This document shows positions 22,187 to 35,354 of a DNA stretch of 64,000 bases, in pieces. The position numbers and the translations under genes are program-made. Source of the stretch: Octopus vulgaris (taxonomy: Eukaryota); NCBI GenBank assembly GCA_951406725.2, contig OX597820.1, positions 60,202,001 through 60,266,000 of the forward strand, written 5' to 3'. Positions within the stretch are counted from its first letter, which is position 1; each line of letters opens with the position of its first letter. Below the pieces are notes generated by a model that searched no databases, was not told the origin of the DNA, and saw only the letters and a program-made list of their open reading frames with translations.

Positions 22187-23199
22187 CGAGTTTTATTTCA
22201 TCAATTTTAAAGATTATTTTATATACTCTGAGTTTGTTTTTAAATATTTTCTTTTATATATATTACATTTTTATCATATTGCTGTATTATTGTAACAATT
22301 CTGCATTTCTCAATGTATACTTTATTATACTTTATTATGAAGTATACCTTATTATACTTTATTATACTTATAAACTAATAATACTACTTCGCATTTTCAT
22401 TTTACTATTATTAACGCGTGCATTTCTACTGATATTTGTAGTGACGCTATCCAACAGCGCGCGCGCGCGCAATGCCACTTCAGCACGCGTGTGCGGGGGT
22501 TTGGAGCCTTCTGGTGAGGCAGAAGGGAAGCGCCCTCTCGCGCATGCGCGAAGACCGGAAGAAGGGAATGATGATGTGGCATTTAGCTGACAGGAGGCGT
22601 GGGAAGGTAAAACCTTAACCAGAAAGCGTCTAGAGACACGTAGCAGTCGGCAGAAGGCTGCCCACACCAAATTGTACCAGACCATATTTTCTTCGCTCTC
22701 TAAGGACGCCATATTTGGCCAATTCTGTTTGCTGTTGAACTTGTAAGATTCTTACAAGCGTTAAATTTCAGCCTTGCCACATCCAGAACCAAGTGGAACC
22801 AAATATACCACCTTATTTCTTACAGTTATAAGAAAAATAAAGAGTATATATTTTTACTGTTGCGTTTGTGTTCTTTTGACTGGTAGAATCTGGAAATCAA
22901 AAGAACGGAAATTGTGAATGCACCCGAGTTGCACCCCCAAAAGTGCAACGAGTTTTATTTCATCAATTTTAAAGATTGTTTTATATACTCTGAGTTTGTT
23001 TTTAAATATTTTTTTTTATATATATTACATTTTTATCATATTGCTGTATTATTGTAACAATTCTGCATTTCTCAATGTATACTTTATTATACTTTATTAT
23101 GAAGTATACCTTATTATACTTTATTATACTTATAAACTAATAATACTACTTCGCATTTTCATTTTACTATTATTAACGCGTGCATTTCTACTGATATTT
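22187..23199 (+). repeat. 251-bp direct duplication (22187-22437 and 22949-23199) flanking an LTR fragment
   Basis: The two copies are nearly identical by direct comparison. Confidence 0.93.
22437..22948 (+). mobile_element. 3'-truncated solo LTR related to the 24642 element
   Basis: Starts TGTAGTGA and shares (GC)n, CCCTCTCGCGCATGCGCGAA, CCAAATTGT, GACGCCAT, TTTCAGCCTTG, AATAAA and TGACTGGTAGAAT. The terminal GTTACA is missing. Confidence 0.85.
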
Positions 23200-23215
23200 A
23201 TATTTTTTATTTATA

Positions 23216-23655
23216 TAGGTGCAGGAGTGGCTGTGTGGTAAGTAGCTTGCTTACCAACCACATGGTTCCGGGTTTATTCCCACTGCGTGGTACCTTGGGC
23301 AAGTGTCTTCTACTAGAGCCTCAGGCCGACCAAAGCCTTGTGAGTGGATTTGGTAGACGGAAACTGAAAGAAGCCCGTCGTATATGTATATATATATATA
23401 TATATATATTTGTATGTATGTATGCGTGTGTATATGTTTATGTTTGTGTGTTTGTGTTTGTCCCCTCAACATCGCTTGACAACCGATGCTGGTGTGTTTA
23501 CGTCCCCGTAACTTAGCGGTCCGGCAAAAGAGGCCGATAGAGTAAGTACTAGGCTTACAAAGAATAAGTCCTGGGGTCGATTTGCTAAAGGACTTTTGCT
23601 AAAGGTGGTGCTCCAGCATGGCCGTAGCCGAATGACTAAAACAAGTGAAAGAGAG
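23216..23655 (+). mobile_element. Family B SINE, full length
   Basis: tRNA-like head GGAGTGGCTGTGTGGTAAG, ACCTTGGGCAAGT, internal (TA)/(TG) microsatellite, tail GGTGCTCCAGCATGGCC. Confidence 0.9.
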
Positions 23656-24641
23656 AATCGGATTATTTATAATCTATAATACGAAATACTTTTATATATT
23701 ATGTACACATATCCCTTATGTTGTATGCAATATGTATAAATGCTTGCTTTTCGATTTATTTCACACATTTTAAATTCATAATATAAATGCCTCTATGACT
23801 ACGGTTGTCCTTATCTATTTTATACGCCTCAAATCGTGGCTTAGAAATTTATACCATACATTTTACTTTGATATTTTCTTATTTTTCGTATATTTTGATT
23901 CATCTTACAACATTATATTTATTTACTGAATTATGATTATTATATATTCTATTACTATTTTTTTCCAATTCATTTTTTACACGTTATTGTATTTTATCCT
24001 ATTACATGATTTTATTTCATTATACTGTTTTTAACTACTTTTTAATTATTTAAAAAATTCTATAAGTTTCTTTGCATTTCCACTTTTTATTATTATCCAA
24101 TTAGCTGAATACATGTCATTGATTGGTTGAAATTACCGAAATACGAGAACTTTAACGTGAAATAACTTCGTTTTTCTCAAAAATGCTAAGAGTGAAAGAT
24201 GTTTTATATGACACATTCTACCAGTGTCCGAAGTTTGAAAGTGTTTAGTTACAAAAAATTATTTTTTATATCTGTAGGTCAAAAGGTAAAGATTCCAATT
24301 TTGTTGTTGTTTTTTTATCATTATTATGTAGGGATGAGCTACTTCGCTATCTGATTTCCTCCTACCCCATCTTCTAACCTCTTTCATTGCTATAAATCTT
24401 CATTGCCCCCCACCACCACCTGCCCACACCTAACATCACAGTATTTTCTCCTACAGTACTACCAAACTGAACAAACGTTCATTTTTATGAGCGGCACTGG
24501 TCATAAAAACAAGAAGTAGCCCAAACTGTTGAATTTCCAATGTTTTTGAATGTTGGCTTTTGAATGTTGTGATTCATGTATTTACCTAATGGAAACAGTT
24601 TTTTCTAATGATGTAATTTCTCCATTAATCAATTAAAAACT

Positions 24642-27404
24642 TGTAGTGATACTATAACGGTGCGCGCGCGCGCACCGTCCATTTTCTATTTCGCGCGTGT
24701 TGGTGCCTTCACCAAGGCACAGAAAGGAAGGGCCCTCTCGCGCATGCGCGAACCACCGGAAGCACGACCCTTTTGCCTACCTGGTAGTTAGCCAAGGCAA
24801 GGGGGTCGTAGAACGTTTGACCGCTAGCAGCAGCAGCGGCGATTTTGAGACATGGCTATCGAAGGCAACGGTCACGTATATTCTCTCTCCGTCAGGACTA
24901 GATTCTAGCAGCAGTCGGCCGAATGCCTTTAACCAAATTGTTGCCGACCACATTCAACTTCCCTGTTCGACGCCATCTTGAACCCGTTCTGGTTTTAGCG
25001 GCTGAATATTGTAAATATTACAATCGATTAACTTTCAGCCTTGCGCGCCCCGAACCAAGGACATCAGATAACCACTTATTGTTATTGTTACCAAGAAAGA
25101 GAATAAAGTAGTATATATATATATTACGTCTGCGTCTTGTTGTTTCTGACTGGTAGAATTCTGAATTATTAAAGCAACGGCTAGTGATTGCTTTCTTGTA
25201 CCCCGAAAGTACAAGAGAAGATATTCACACACACACTAAGTTCGTTACAGTGGTGACCCCCCGACGTGATTCTGGTCTAAAACCAGAGATCACTTATCAA
25301 CAAAAAAAAAATCCAGTTTTTCTGCGAAGTCGGAACACGATTTAACTCTACGCATCATTTTTCGACGATTTGTTTCCGGCCACTACAAACAGTTGTAGAA
25401 GGAGCCTCTTTCTTATTCTACAGCCATGATGACGGACGCCATCATATATTCGATGCCTTTTCTCCACCTTCGTCATCATCATCGTCGTCTTTCTACTTCA
25501 CTTCGTCGCTATCTTCGTCGCCATCATCACTAAGAACGATGTTGTCTCAAGTCCACTACAGTCGCCTTCCACCACCACCGTCGCCTTTCAACACCGTCGA
25601 CCTCCACAAGATGTACATAGCAACTCGCGGAAGTTTGGTCCACTTGCCGTTTGTACATTAGCACACCAAGAATTCACAGCCCAGCACTATCTACGAGATT
25701 TCTTCTGTTCCAGTTAACCTGTCACAGCATTGAAGCCACAACCGCTACACGATATGTGTTCAATCGGCATCTGCATTTGTGATCTCAACATTTCTGTTAC
25801 AGAACGAACTGCTATTGTGCATCAGGCTATTACAGACTGGTAAATTAATTCTTGTCTGGAATAGCCTTGAGAGACATTTTTTCTATGCGCTGTATTTTTA
25901 TTTTTTGCTCGCATTCACCTTGTATGTATTTCTGTCGCACACACGTACACACACATAAATGCTCTCTCTCGCATACATACGTCACACATGCTTTTCTCGC
26001 TTGTTTTTTTCCATGCTGAATTTGCCTTTTGTGGACACCCCTCATTTCTATAGACCCTAGCGGTCACGTATACATAGAGAGGGTTGTTTGTCCATTATAA
26101 CGCGTCAGCATGTCATACTTTTGTTCCTGTACGAACGAGGCATATAATCGCTCAACCACTGGCATATTCTTGCTGTTTTTTGGTCTGGCAAGCACTATTG
26201 CATTTCATGCGCCTTGCTTCGCACGTGTATTGCCTTGTTTTTTGCAACACGTTTGCGCTAGCTTAATTCTTTTCCCGACTCATAGGACGTCGGATGTTCA
26301 CATGCGCTGCGCCATGTTTAGGCGTAATTATTTTTCTCTGTTAGACCACTGTTGGTCACGTAATTAACAGAAAATTATCTGTGTCGCGCATCACACCAGC
26401 ATGTTTGCACTTTTGCCTTTTGTGTTACTAGCGAGCTTCTGTCAATTCCATTTCCTCTCCTGCAGCAATTGATTTAACTGCTATTTCGCAGGATCAACTA
26501 CCTTTAGAGAAGTTGGATTTTAATTTCGCCTAGGTTCAATAACTGTGAGTTCTGCCTTTTCCCTCCGCTCCTTTCAGCGGAAGGGTTTATACTTTGTGAC
26601 GTATACACTTTCATGCATGCCCTCTTGATTTTTGCTCATTGAGTATTTTTTTCTCTTTTTCCTTTAGTAAATTTCTTGTGTATGTTATAAATTTTGCCAT
26701 TTTATTATATTGTGTGCTATTTGGTTATCTGGTGTCCACCTTGAGTTTTGCAGTCACTACAATAAGTTTCCTTTCGTGCGTACGCACTGGAGGGGAGCCT
26801 TGTAGTGATACTATAACGGTGCGCGCGCGCGCACCGTCCATTTTCTATTTCGCGCGTGTTGGTGCCTTCACCAAGGCACAGAAAGGAAGGGCCCTCTCGC
26901 GCATGCGCGAACCACCGGAAGCACGACCCTTTTGCCTACCTGGTAGTTAGCCAAGGCAAGGGGGTCGTAGAACGTTTGACCGCTAGCAGCAGCAGCGGCG
27001 ATTTTGAGACATGGCTATCGAAGGCAACGGTCACGTATATTCTCTCTCCGTCAGGACTGGATTCTAGCAGCAGTCGGCCGAATGCCTTTAACCAAATTGT
27101 TGCCGACCACATTCAACTTCCCTGTTCGACGCCATCTTGAACCCGTTCTGGTTTTAGCGGCTGAATATTGTAAATATTACAATCGATTAACTTTCAGCCT
27201 TGCGCGCCCCGAACCAAGGACATCAGATAACCACTTATTGTTATTGTTACCAAGAAAGAGAATAAAGTAGTATATATATATTTTACGTCTGCGTCTTGTT
27301 GTTTCTGACTGGTAGAATTCTGGATTATTAAAGCAACGGCTAGTGATTGCTTTCTTGTACCCCGAAAGTACAAGACAAGATATTCACTCTCGAAGCTCGT
27401 TACA
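24642..27404 (+). mobile_element. Complete non-autonomous LTR retrotransposon (Ty3/Gypsy-like signals, no coding capacity seen)
   Basis: LTRs at 24642-25249 and 26801-27404 (TG...CA), 4-bp TSD AACT, PBS at 25251, purine tract GGAGGGGAG at 26789-26797. The 1.55-kb interior lacks gag/pol motifs. Confidence 0.95.
25251..25270 (+). promoter_or_regulatory. Primer-binding site complementary to tRNA-Trp
   Basis: TGGTGACCCCCCGACGTGAT versus the canonical tRNA-Trp PBS TGGTGACCCCGACGTGAT (two extra C). Confidence 0.85.
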
Positions 27405-27740
27405 AACTCGTTGGGAAAAGCTGTAATTGATTGATACGTTATCCATCTGTTGTTGTTTATCTATTTATTATTTACCTCTCTCAGAACCAGTTCCTTGCGT
27501 GGATCCGAATTATATTATGGACCGTACTTTTAGTGCAATGTGTGTACCCTAGATTATCCTAAGGGCTCATGATATACTCAGTCGGGTACAGTTAATCGTA
27601 TGCATAATCTGAATATCTTCCTGACTGTACTTCGGTACCCGCTTATGTATTCTTCTATTTTTGTTATGTACGCATTTCATTCTTCGACCCGACTTTGTGC
27701 CTTACCATTTAAGTACCTGATTCACACGAATCCTGATACA

Positions 27741-27825
<85 letters not shown>

Positions 27826-27865
27826 AGAATTCATAAAAAACAACAACAAAAGACGAAGACAGGTG

Positions 27866-27952
<87 letters not shown>

Positions 27953-28053
27953 TGTATTTAAACACACACAGCTACACATATATAGACTTACTTGGAAATG
28001 GATGCGTGGCGATCAATCAGATAATAATATGAATAATATATATATAATATACA

Positions 28054-28140
<87 letters not shown>

Positions 28141-28304
28141 CGTTTGGAGATGATGTACAGGTATTATATATTAGAAGAAATGAGGTACTCAGAAATCCGA
28201 TGGTTTTATATTTATAGATATTTATTAGTATGTTACATGTTTTTATACATCATATATCATATATTAGCGCTTTCGTCCATTCTAGTGGAGTCTTCAAATT
28301 GAAC

Positions 28305-28358
<54 letters not shown>

Positions 28359-29385
28359 CATACACACGCGCGCGCACACACACACATACATATGCATATA
28401 TGAGTAAAGAACATCCTCAACAGTAAACAACATGAAATACGAAAACAAATGAGTTCAATACGCAAACAACGAGAGAAACAAATGGAAAACAAGACAAGTA
28501 ACATAAAGAACGACCCTTCATCAGTTGTCGGCAGTCTATCTACTCCTCATTTCGAGCATTGAACGACACTATAAGTCTTCGAAGACAGTTGCTCCCATAA
28601 GTACCAAAATAAAATTTGGGATTTATGGAGGGTCAAAGTTGGGAACAAAAACAGAACAGTGGAGACTTACAAGGAAATCGAACGAAAACAAATATGGAGG
28701 GACTCATCCCCATCTCCTCCAAGCTGCCCTTTTGGCAAAAATTTGAAATGATAATAATTATAATTATTATACCTGTGTTTGTTTTGATATTAAGATTGAA
28801 AAAGATCGAACTTGTTTGTAAAAAATTTTGGACCCGGGTTTGCACACCATAAGCAATTTTCATTTCCGGGCCACTGCAACGTTGGCTTCTTTAGAATTGG
28901 AAAACCTTACAAACTGAAAAGAATAGAGTTTTTCCTTAACTGACGATAGTCTATTCTTATCCAGAATAGCAGCTCATGCAAGGTTTGCAGAATCGACAGC
29001 GTTACTAAATTACCTTCACCCAAAATAGGGTCTTGAATTTCGTAGTAATCAACGGCCAGCTATGGTCAAATGGTGACAGGAAGGACTTGAAAGTTCAAAG
29101 ACTATGTAATAACAACCAAAAAAAAAAAAAAAGGAGCTGTTGCTTTGCAGGTTGTATTATATCAAAAGCTAAGAGACCAGCTCTAACAGAAAATGGCTGC
29201 TGAAGAAATGCTTTCAGTAGACTATCAGCAAATTGACAAGCTTAAATAAGAATGCAATAACACCAAGATTAGAGTCTCTGAAGTGACGTCCTCACCTTTT
29301 AAGTAAACACCGGTCGCCATTCAGAATAATGAAATGTACTTAAATCCTTAGACGTGGGGTCGTCCAACCCCGATGCAGACAAATA

Positions 29386-29605
29386 TTAGGTCGTCAAGTA
29401 TGAAATTTGTAGAAAAGAAAAAAAAGTTTGCTAATGTTTTATAAATACAAGAAATAATTTTATTCATCAAGGTATGCACCTATATTGTCAATACACTTTT
29501 GCCAGTTCAGCAGTAGCTTGTCCAGCCCGGTATTGTAAAAGCCTGACAATTTAGAGTCAATAAAATCTTGAAAGGCCCGTTTTATAACATCGTCGGAATT
29601 AACTA
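29386..29605 (-). mobile_element. Mariner 3' fragment with TIR
   Basis: NSDDVIKRAFQDFIDSK..FYNTGLDKLLLNWQKCIDNIGAYLDE, followed by a TA-flanked end TTAGGTCGTCAAGTATGAAAT. Confidence 0.8.
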
Positions 29606-30039
29606 TATAAAATAGTGTCACGCTTGCACCGAACTCGACGATGATCCTTTCTTCAATCACTAGGTTGCAGGTAGCCTACCAATCCAGACTGGTCAATTTA
29701 CTACTGAAGAGGTTAAAAATATAGACATACAGTCCATTCTTCTACGTACACATGTAATGTGATCTATAAAGAGAACAACAGCCTTCTCAAAGTCTTCAAT
29801 TATTTCATTTCATTAAAAAAAAAATGATTTTCATCTGTCCCAGATCTACAGAGGAATTACACTCCCTCATCTAGCCTGAGCATCTATAATCCCATGCTCC
29901 ATACCCCTTAACAGAATTTTTCTTCATATTGATTCCACCCAACAACAGAAGAAAAACAACTGTCACAAGGGCAGATCTATTCTATCGTAAATTATTATCG
30001 TTAGATAAATCATAAAAGAGATTAGAATCTTCATGCAAA

Positions 30040-31070
30040 AAGTTTCAATTTACTTGTGAATTACTCCTAAATATTTGATAGTATCAACAGAAAGGCCATG
30101 TTGTGTACCCTGTTGAATTACAGTATCCCAAATGAGATTGCCAAACCCATCACCACTATGTATGAAAATCCATCAGGCTTTGTGCAAAGTACAGAAGGCC
30201 AGGCTAAAACGTTACCAATAGTGGAAGGAATACGTCAGGGAGATGCTCCTGCTTTTTTTTCTTTTTTTGCCTGTCTGTGGTCGACTACATTCTAAGGTAA
30301 AGTCTTGATTCCAACCGAAACAGAAGTCTCACCATTAAACAGAAGTGATTAAAACTTTAGTGGAGCCTATATTTTTCTTGCTTTAGCTTGGGTGATGGCC
30401 TGGACCTTACAGATCATCAGCTATATAGTTCGCAAGACTTGAGAATGCTGCAACCAAATTTGGCCTCTTTCTCAAAACAAAGAACAAAGTACATGGCCAT
30501 CTATGAGTATGGAAGCCACTTGTCAATTTGCTCCAAAGCCGAGATACAGCTGAAGGAGTTGAATGACTTTAAGTATCTTCAGTCGTTGACTGCAATAAAG
30601 ACTTCCTGATGCCCGGAGAAACTTGACGCGTCTCTAACAAACTTCACAACGTCAAGTAATTATTTCGAAGTCAGTTAGACTGGTTCTCTTCAGATCGTAT
30701 GAGATTAGAATTCTTTTCTACAGAGCTGAAGCATTGACTATGAACGAGCTTCACAGTCGTCTTGATACATACACAAGGCTCCTCATGAGGGTTCAATGTA
30801 TCTCATTATGTGACTACATGATCAAAGAAGAGATTTATCAACACATTCCACCCATCTCTTCTATTGTTGCATGGTCGATTTTGCTGTCCACTGTTGTTGT
30901 ATTGAACACCAGGTCATATCGGATGTTATATTTTGTGAACTTCTACATCATAATTAAGGAAGACGACCACTCAGCTACATTGTTGTTATTGACAGAGACA
31001 CACAACATGAAATTGAGGACTTAACAAAACTAATGAGGGATAGATATCTCTAGTGAAGCATGGTGAAATG
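30040..31070 (+). mobile_element. Decayed RTE-like LINE RT fragment
   Basis: FDSINRKAM..L..YSIP, GIRQGDAPAFF, VVDYIL, LNDFKYL. Confidence 0.7.
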
Positions 31071-32299
31071 CATCGTGGTTGTGGTTTCTTGAAGAAGCAT
31101 TCCTGCTTACCAAATCGAAGCATAACATTCTGGTTTCTGATTAAGTTAATTTGCATTAATTTTGTAGATTTACATACCCACCAAAACTGTTCCGTTGGTT
31201 GGACTCCCACAGAAAAGCTTCTAAATGTGTTGACCATCTGTGATACCATGCACATACAGTGGTAACTAGCAAGAACTACGATCCAACAAGACATCTCTTC
31301 CACCATATTCGAACAGAGTACTTCAAAACTAGAAAATATTCTCACTAAAATCGTTTCCAACATGTAAAGTTAATAAAAACAGTTAAGAATTACCTTCTTT
31401 GGTCCTTTGAGTATCTGCCATTCTCCTTCAGTAACCACTACCATAGGCTCTTGCCAAACTAGATTTATTAATACAAAAGACTCGCTCTTATCTGTCACTC
31501 CCCACTGGTTGCTTCTCCTTGTGAATTTGGAGGTATTAGGTTAAAATTATAATTTTTTAAGGACAATTTTGTTTTTAGTTGTGGCATATTCCATTTTAAC
31601 TGGAATTGAAAGATGTCCAGTTGAATTTCCACAAGAAATAATTGGTCATATTTTTAGGGTTTTATATTTTGAATTCGCACTTGACACTTTTGACCTAGTT
31701 TGGTACAAGGACCCCTTAGCATATATTTTCTCAGATTGGTAGCTTCCATTCAGACTGCATTATCGCAGTGTGTGTCAACTGGGCTCTCATCAACTCCCTG
31801 TACCATTACTGGTGTATTTTAGAGTTTAGTAATGTATCCTTACTTTTCTTTTCATACGCTAACGATCTAATGGCAACTCATACTCACAACACACACATCT
31901 GTGTAGATGATGCAACCCTTCTGCCCTTAACTTACGTTAGACAGAAACTGCTCTTCAAACAGATATCTTGATATGATCTTTTAAGGGAAGCAAGATGACT
32001 TTCATCAGAAATATAAATTACTACACTTAAAAAAAACAAAAACAGGTGTGTTTAACTAGCTATGAATGACACGAATAGAATCTTTAAAGTAACATCAAAA
32101 ACAATGCTGCTTAACAGATTGGCAACGACCATTTACTATATTGCAATCTCTAGCTCAAATGCATACAGCTTCCCTTTTTTACTTCTTCTTTTTCCACTAA
32201 AACAACCCCTCTCCTTCTGAACTAGCTAGCTACTTACTTTCCCGCCACCTACATCATATCACCCACCCCACATGCCCTACATGAAATCTGAACATGGTG

Positions 32300-32900
32300 G
32301 CTTGATGTTTCTTAACCATTTAAAATCCCTTCTATGATAAATGAGCCAATTTGTATTGGCAAGTCACCTAAGAGGAGATTATCACCAAGTTTGGAGTTGG
32401 GTAAGCTCTATGTTAACATACTGTAAATAATCTGTAGTATTGAAACGAAGCTTCTAGGTACCGGTCAGTAATTTCTCCTACAATGCAGATTGTTCTGAAG
32501 TTCCCTCACAAATGTCCTGGCAGCTACAGGATTGTTTTTATTGTGGATGTTGCTAAGTTCTTCTATTTCAGACTCGATGTGTACTTCTAGTGCTTCTTTG
32601 TATGCTTAATCAAGTATGACTTTAGCTGAATCGAAGTTCCTTTCAGTATTCTGAGCCCTTTCTTTGAAGACCGTAACCATGTGAAACTGCTCCATTTCTG
32701 CAAACGGTGACTTCCAAGTATTCAATCAGAATATTACACACAGTAGTCTCACCAGCTCTGCCCCTCTTCTTTGATTTTTGTCCTAGCATTTAATCTTCTT
32801 TAGTACAATCTGCATTAATGCTATATATCGATGCAACCAAATCAACGCATTGCTGAACCTGCCACAGGAGGCCTATCACTAAAAGAGATCTCCTGCCACA
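32300..32900 (-). mobile_element. Probable decayed LINE fragment (RTE-like EN-RT linker)
   Basis: AKVILD*AYKEALEVHIESEIEELSNIH...FVREL; weak resemblance only. Confidence 0.4.
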
Positions 32901-34788
32901 ACATTTTGAAAAACACACATCTATACTATAACGAAGAAAACTGCTTCTTAATCAGTCAGTAGAATGCACCTTTTAATAGAAGAACGTAACTCAAGTAACT
33001 GTCCAAGAAATTCTCAAAAATTCCAATTTTAATATATTCTTATGAAAATATGGTTTTCAAGCTCTTTTTATTATTGAAGATTTCAACTACACGATTCGAT
33101 CTGAAAATAATTTTTTTTTCCTTTACGAGACAGTGTTTATTTAACGTCTCTGCTTATATTTCAGCATAATTACAGAAGTGTGCCTCCCCACAACCCGACT
33201 ATGTTTCCTCATAATCTTCTGAAAAATGTGTATTTTTAATAAATTTTCTATGGCACAGATTACGAGTATGTCGGAATTTATTGTGAAAATCTTTTTTCGG
33301 TCGGGGGGGGGGGTAGAGAGGAGTTTTGGGTAATCCACACACCTTGGCTTTGCTTCCATAGAACAACCAGAAAATGGATATTTTTTTTTTTAAATGAGAT
33401 TTTCTACAAATAACTTTCATATGGTTCAGATTACGATTATATTGGAATTTAATGTGAAAAACTGGTGGCAGGGAAACACTTCAAACATCGTAACTTTGTT
33501 CCCTCATATTGTTGATGTCGATTACAATTATGTTTAAAAAGATAAATAAATAAAAGAAAAATTAGTTTTCAGGATTTTTCTACCCTTTTCTGAGAATTCT
33601 CAGAAAGAAATCTTTGTAGAAAGAGAGCACAACGTTTCTGTCCTCATTTTTTCTCTCTCTCTCTCTGGTCGCGTAATCATGTACCTCCCCTACAGCAAGA
33701 CATCTGTTTCTGTTTCACTATAATCCTTTATCATTTGACACAAAATCCCCCTCCCCTCTTAAAGGATCCTTGTCTTGCAAGTTACTTGGTGATCCTGCTA
33801 GTGCTGATACCACTTAAAAAGCACCTAGTCCATACTGTAAAGTGGTTGGCGTTTTGAAGGACATCCAGCAGTAAAACCCATTCCAAACTGACCTCGCCTA
33901 TGTTTGTGTCACGTAAAAAGTACTCAATTCACCCTGCGGAGTGGTTGGTGTTGGGAAGGGCATCCAGCTGTGAAAACCCTACCAAAACAGACACAGAAGT
34001 TTGGTGTAGGTTCCTGCCTGACCAGCTCCTGTCAAACTGTCCAACCCATGCCAGCGTGGAAGGAAGGCGTTAAATGATGATGATGTACTTCTTTCATTAT
34101 TTTGTTGCAATCTAGACCTTGTGCGATTATAACAGAAAAGATTGTGTTATTACAATCTTAATTTCCTTTTAACAAATATAAAGCAAGCCCTCGCTCTTCA
34201 TGGTCATTTAGTATGCTAGAAATAGCAGAAATCATATGGGTCTCAAAAGTAATTTTTGTTTTCAACGTAACTGTATCTACACCTTCAAAACATCTACCAC
34301 AAAGTTGGGATGCGTGAAATATCTGCCTCAAACAAATTCCGATATAGTCGTGATTCACATCATCTAAAAGATATTTCTAGAAAATTTCTTTAAAAAATAT
34401 CCATTTTTATGAAAGTTATGAAGAAACAAAGTTGAAGCATGTGAATTATCCCAAAATCCTGTCCCTCTAAGCCCTGCCCCACCTCTGAAAAAAGTTTTTC
34501 ACAACCATTTCCAATATAATAGTAAACTAAACAATTTGAAACATATTTGTAGAACATTTCATAAACAAATATCCATTTTTCAGAAAGTTATGTGGAAGCA
34601 AAGTTGGGGCACATTTATAGAGTTATGTCCTAAATTTACTGAATTAGTGAGTACTATTAGATGAATAAAAGGTACAAAGAAAAATTAGATGTAATATATA
34701 TAAAAAAATATACAAACTGAATCAAATATCATTTAGCAACATGCAGAAAACCTCCTGGAAGGCAGTTTTTCTGTTAATCCATAAAATA

Positions 34789-35354
34789 TTGGGTTGTCCG
34801 GAAAGTTCGTGCCGATTTATAGTAGCTTACCTTTCGACTTATTTTAGAACATGTTTGAGTCCATAAAATAGGATTTGACTACACCTCCATTTAGAGCACG
34901 GTTTAAGCTATCTTTTCGTGGAAGAAGATTTATGTTCCTATAACCTGTGTTAATTCTGTAACCCTTTAAAACGGAAGATGAGAAAGTTCATTTTCGGCAC
35001 TTGATACTTTGGGAACCAGACAAAAATTGCTGCAGCTCGGCTGGGATGTGTTACCCCACCTTCTATATTCACCAGATATTGCTCCTTCGGATTTCCAGTT
35101 ATTCAGGTCTCTGCAGAATAGTCTTAAAGGTAAAAATTTCTATTCCTTGGATGACGTAAAAAGATACCTTGATAAATTCTTTGCCATGAAACCACTTCAA
35201 TTCTGGGAAGAGGGTATTTTCAAGTTAAAGGAAAGATGGAGATGCATTGTGTAACAAAGTGGTTCATATTTAGTTGATTAGAAATGTAATGGCAAGTATT
35301 TATTGACCTTTTTCTTTCCTTTAAAAATCGGCACGAACTTTCCGGACAACCCAA
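34789..35354 (+). mobile_element. Internally deleted mariner (566-bp MITE-like derivative)
   Basis: Perfect 30-bp TIRs TTGGGTTGTCCGGAAAGTTCGTGCCGATTT with TA on both sides. The N-terminal EDEKVHFRHLILW is joined directly to TRQKLLQLGWDVLPH..YSPDIAPSDF. Confidence 0.95.

Noticed and set aside
24697-25111. Duplicated 94-aa ORF (also at 26856)
   Set aside because: It lies wholly within the GC-rich LTRs, has a non-ATG start and shows no protein motif.
31150-31530. Possible minus-strand exons (AAG|GTAATT donor near 31393)
   Set aside because: No convincing acceptor, stops in neighbouring frames, and no recognisable protein.
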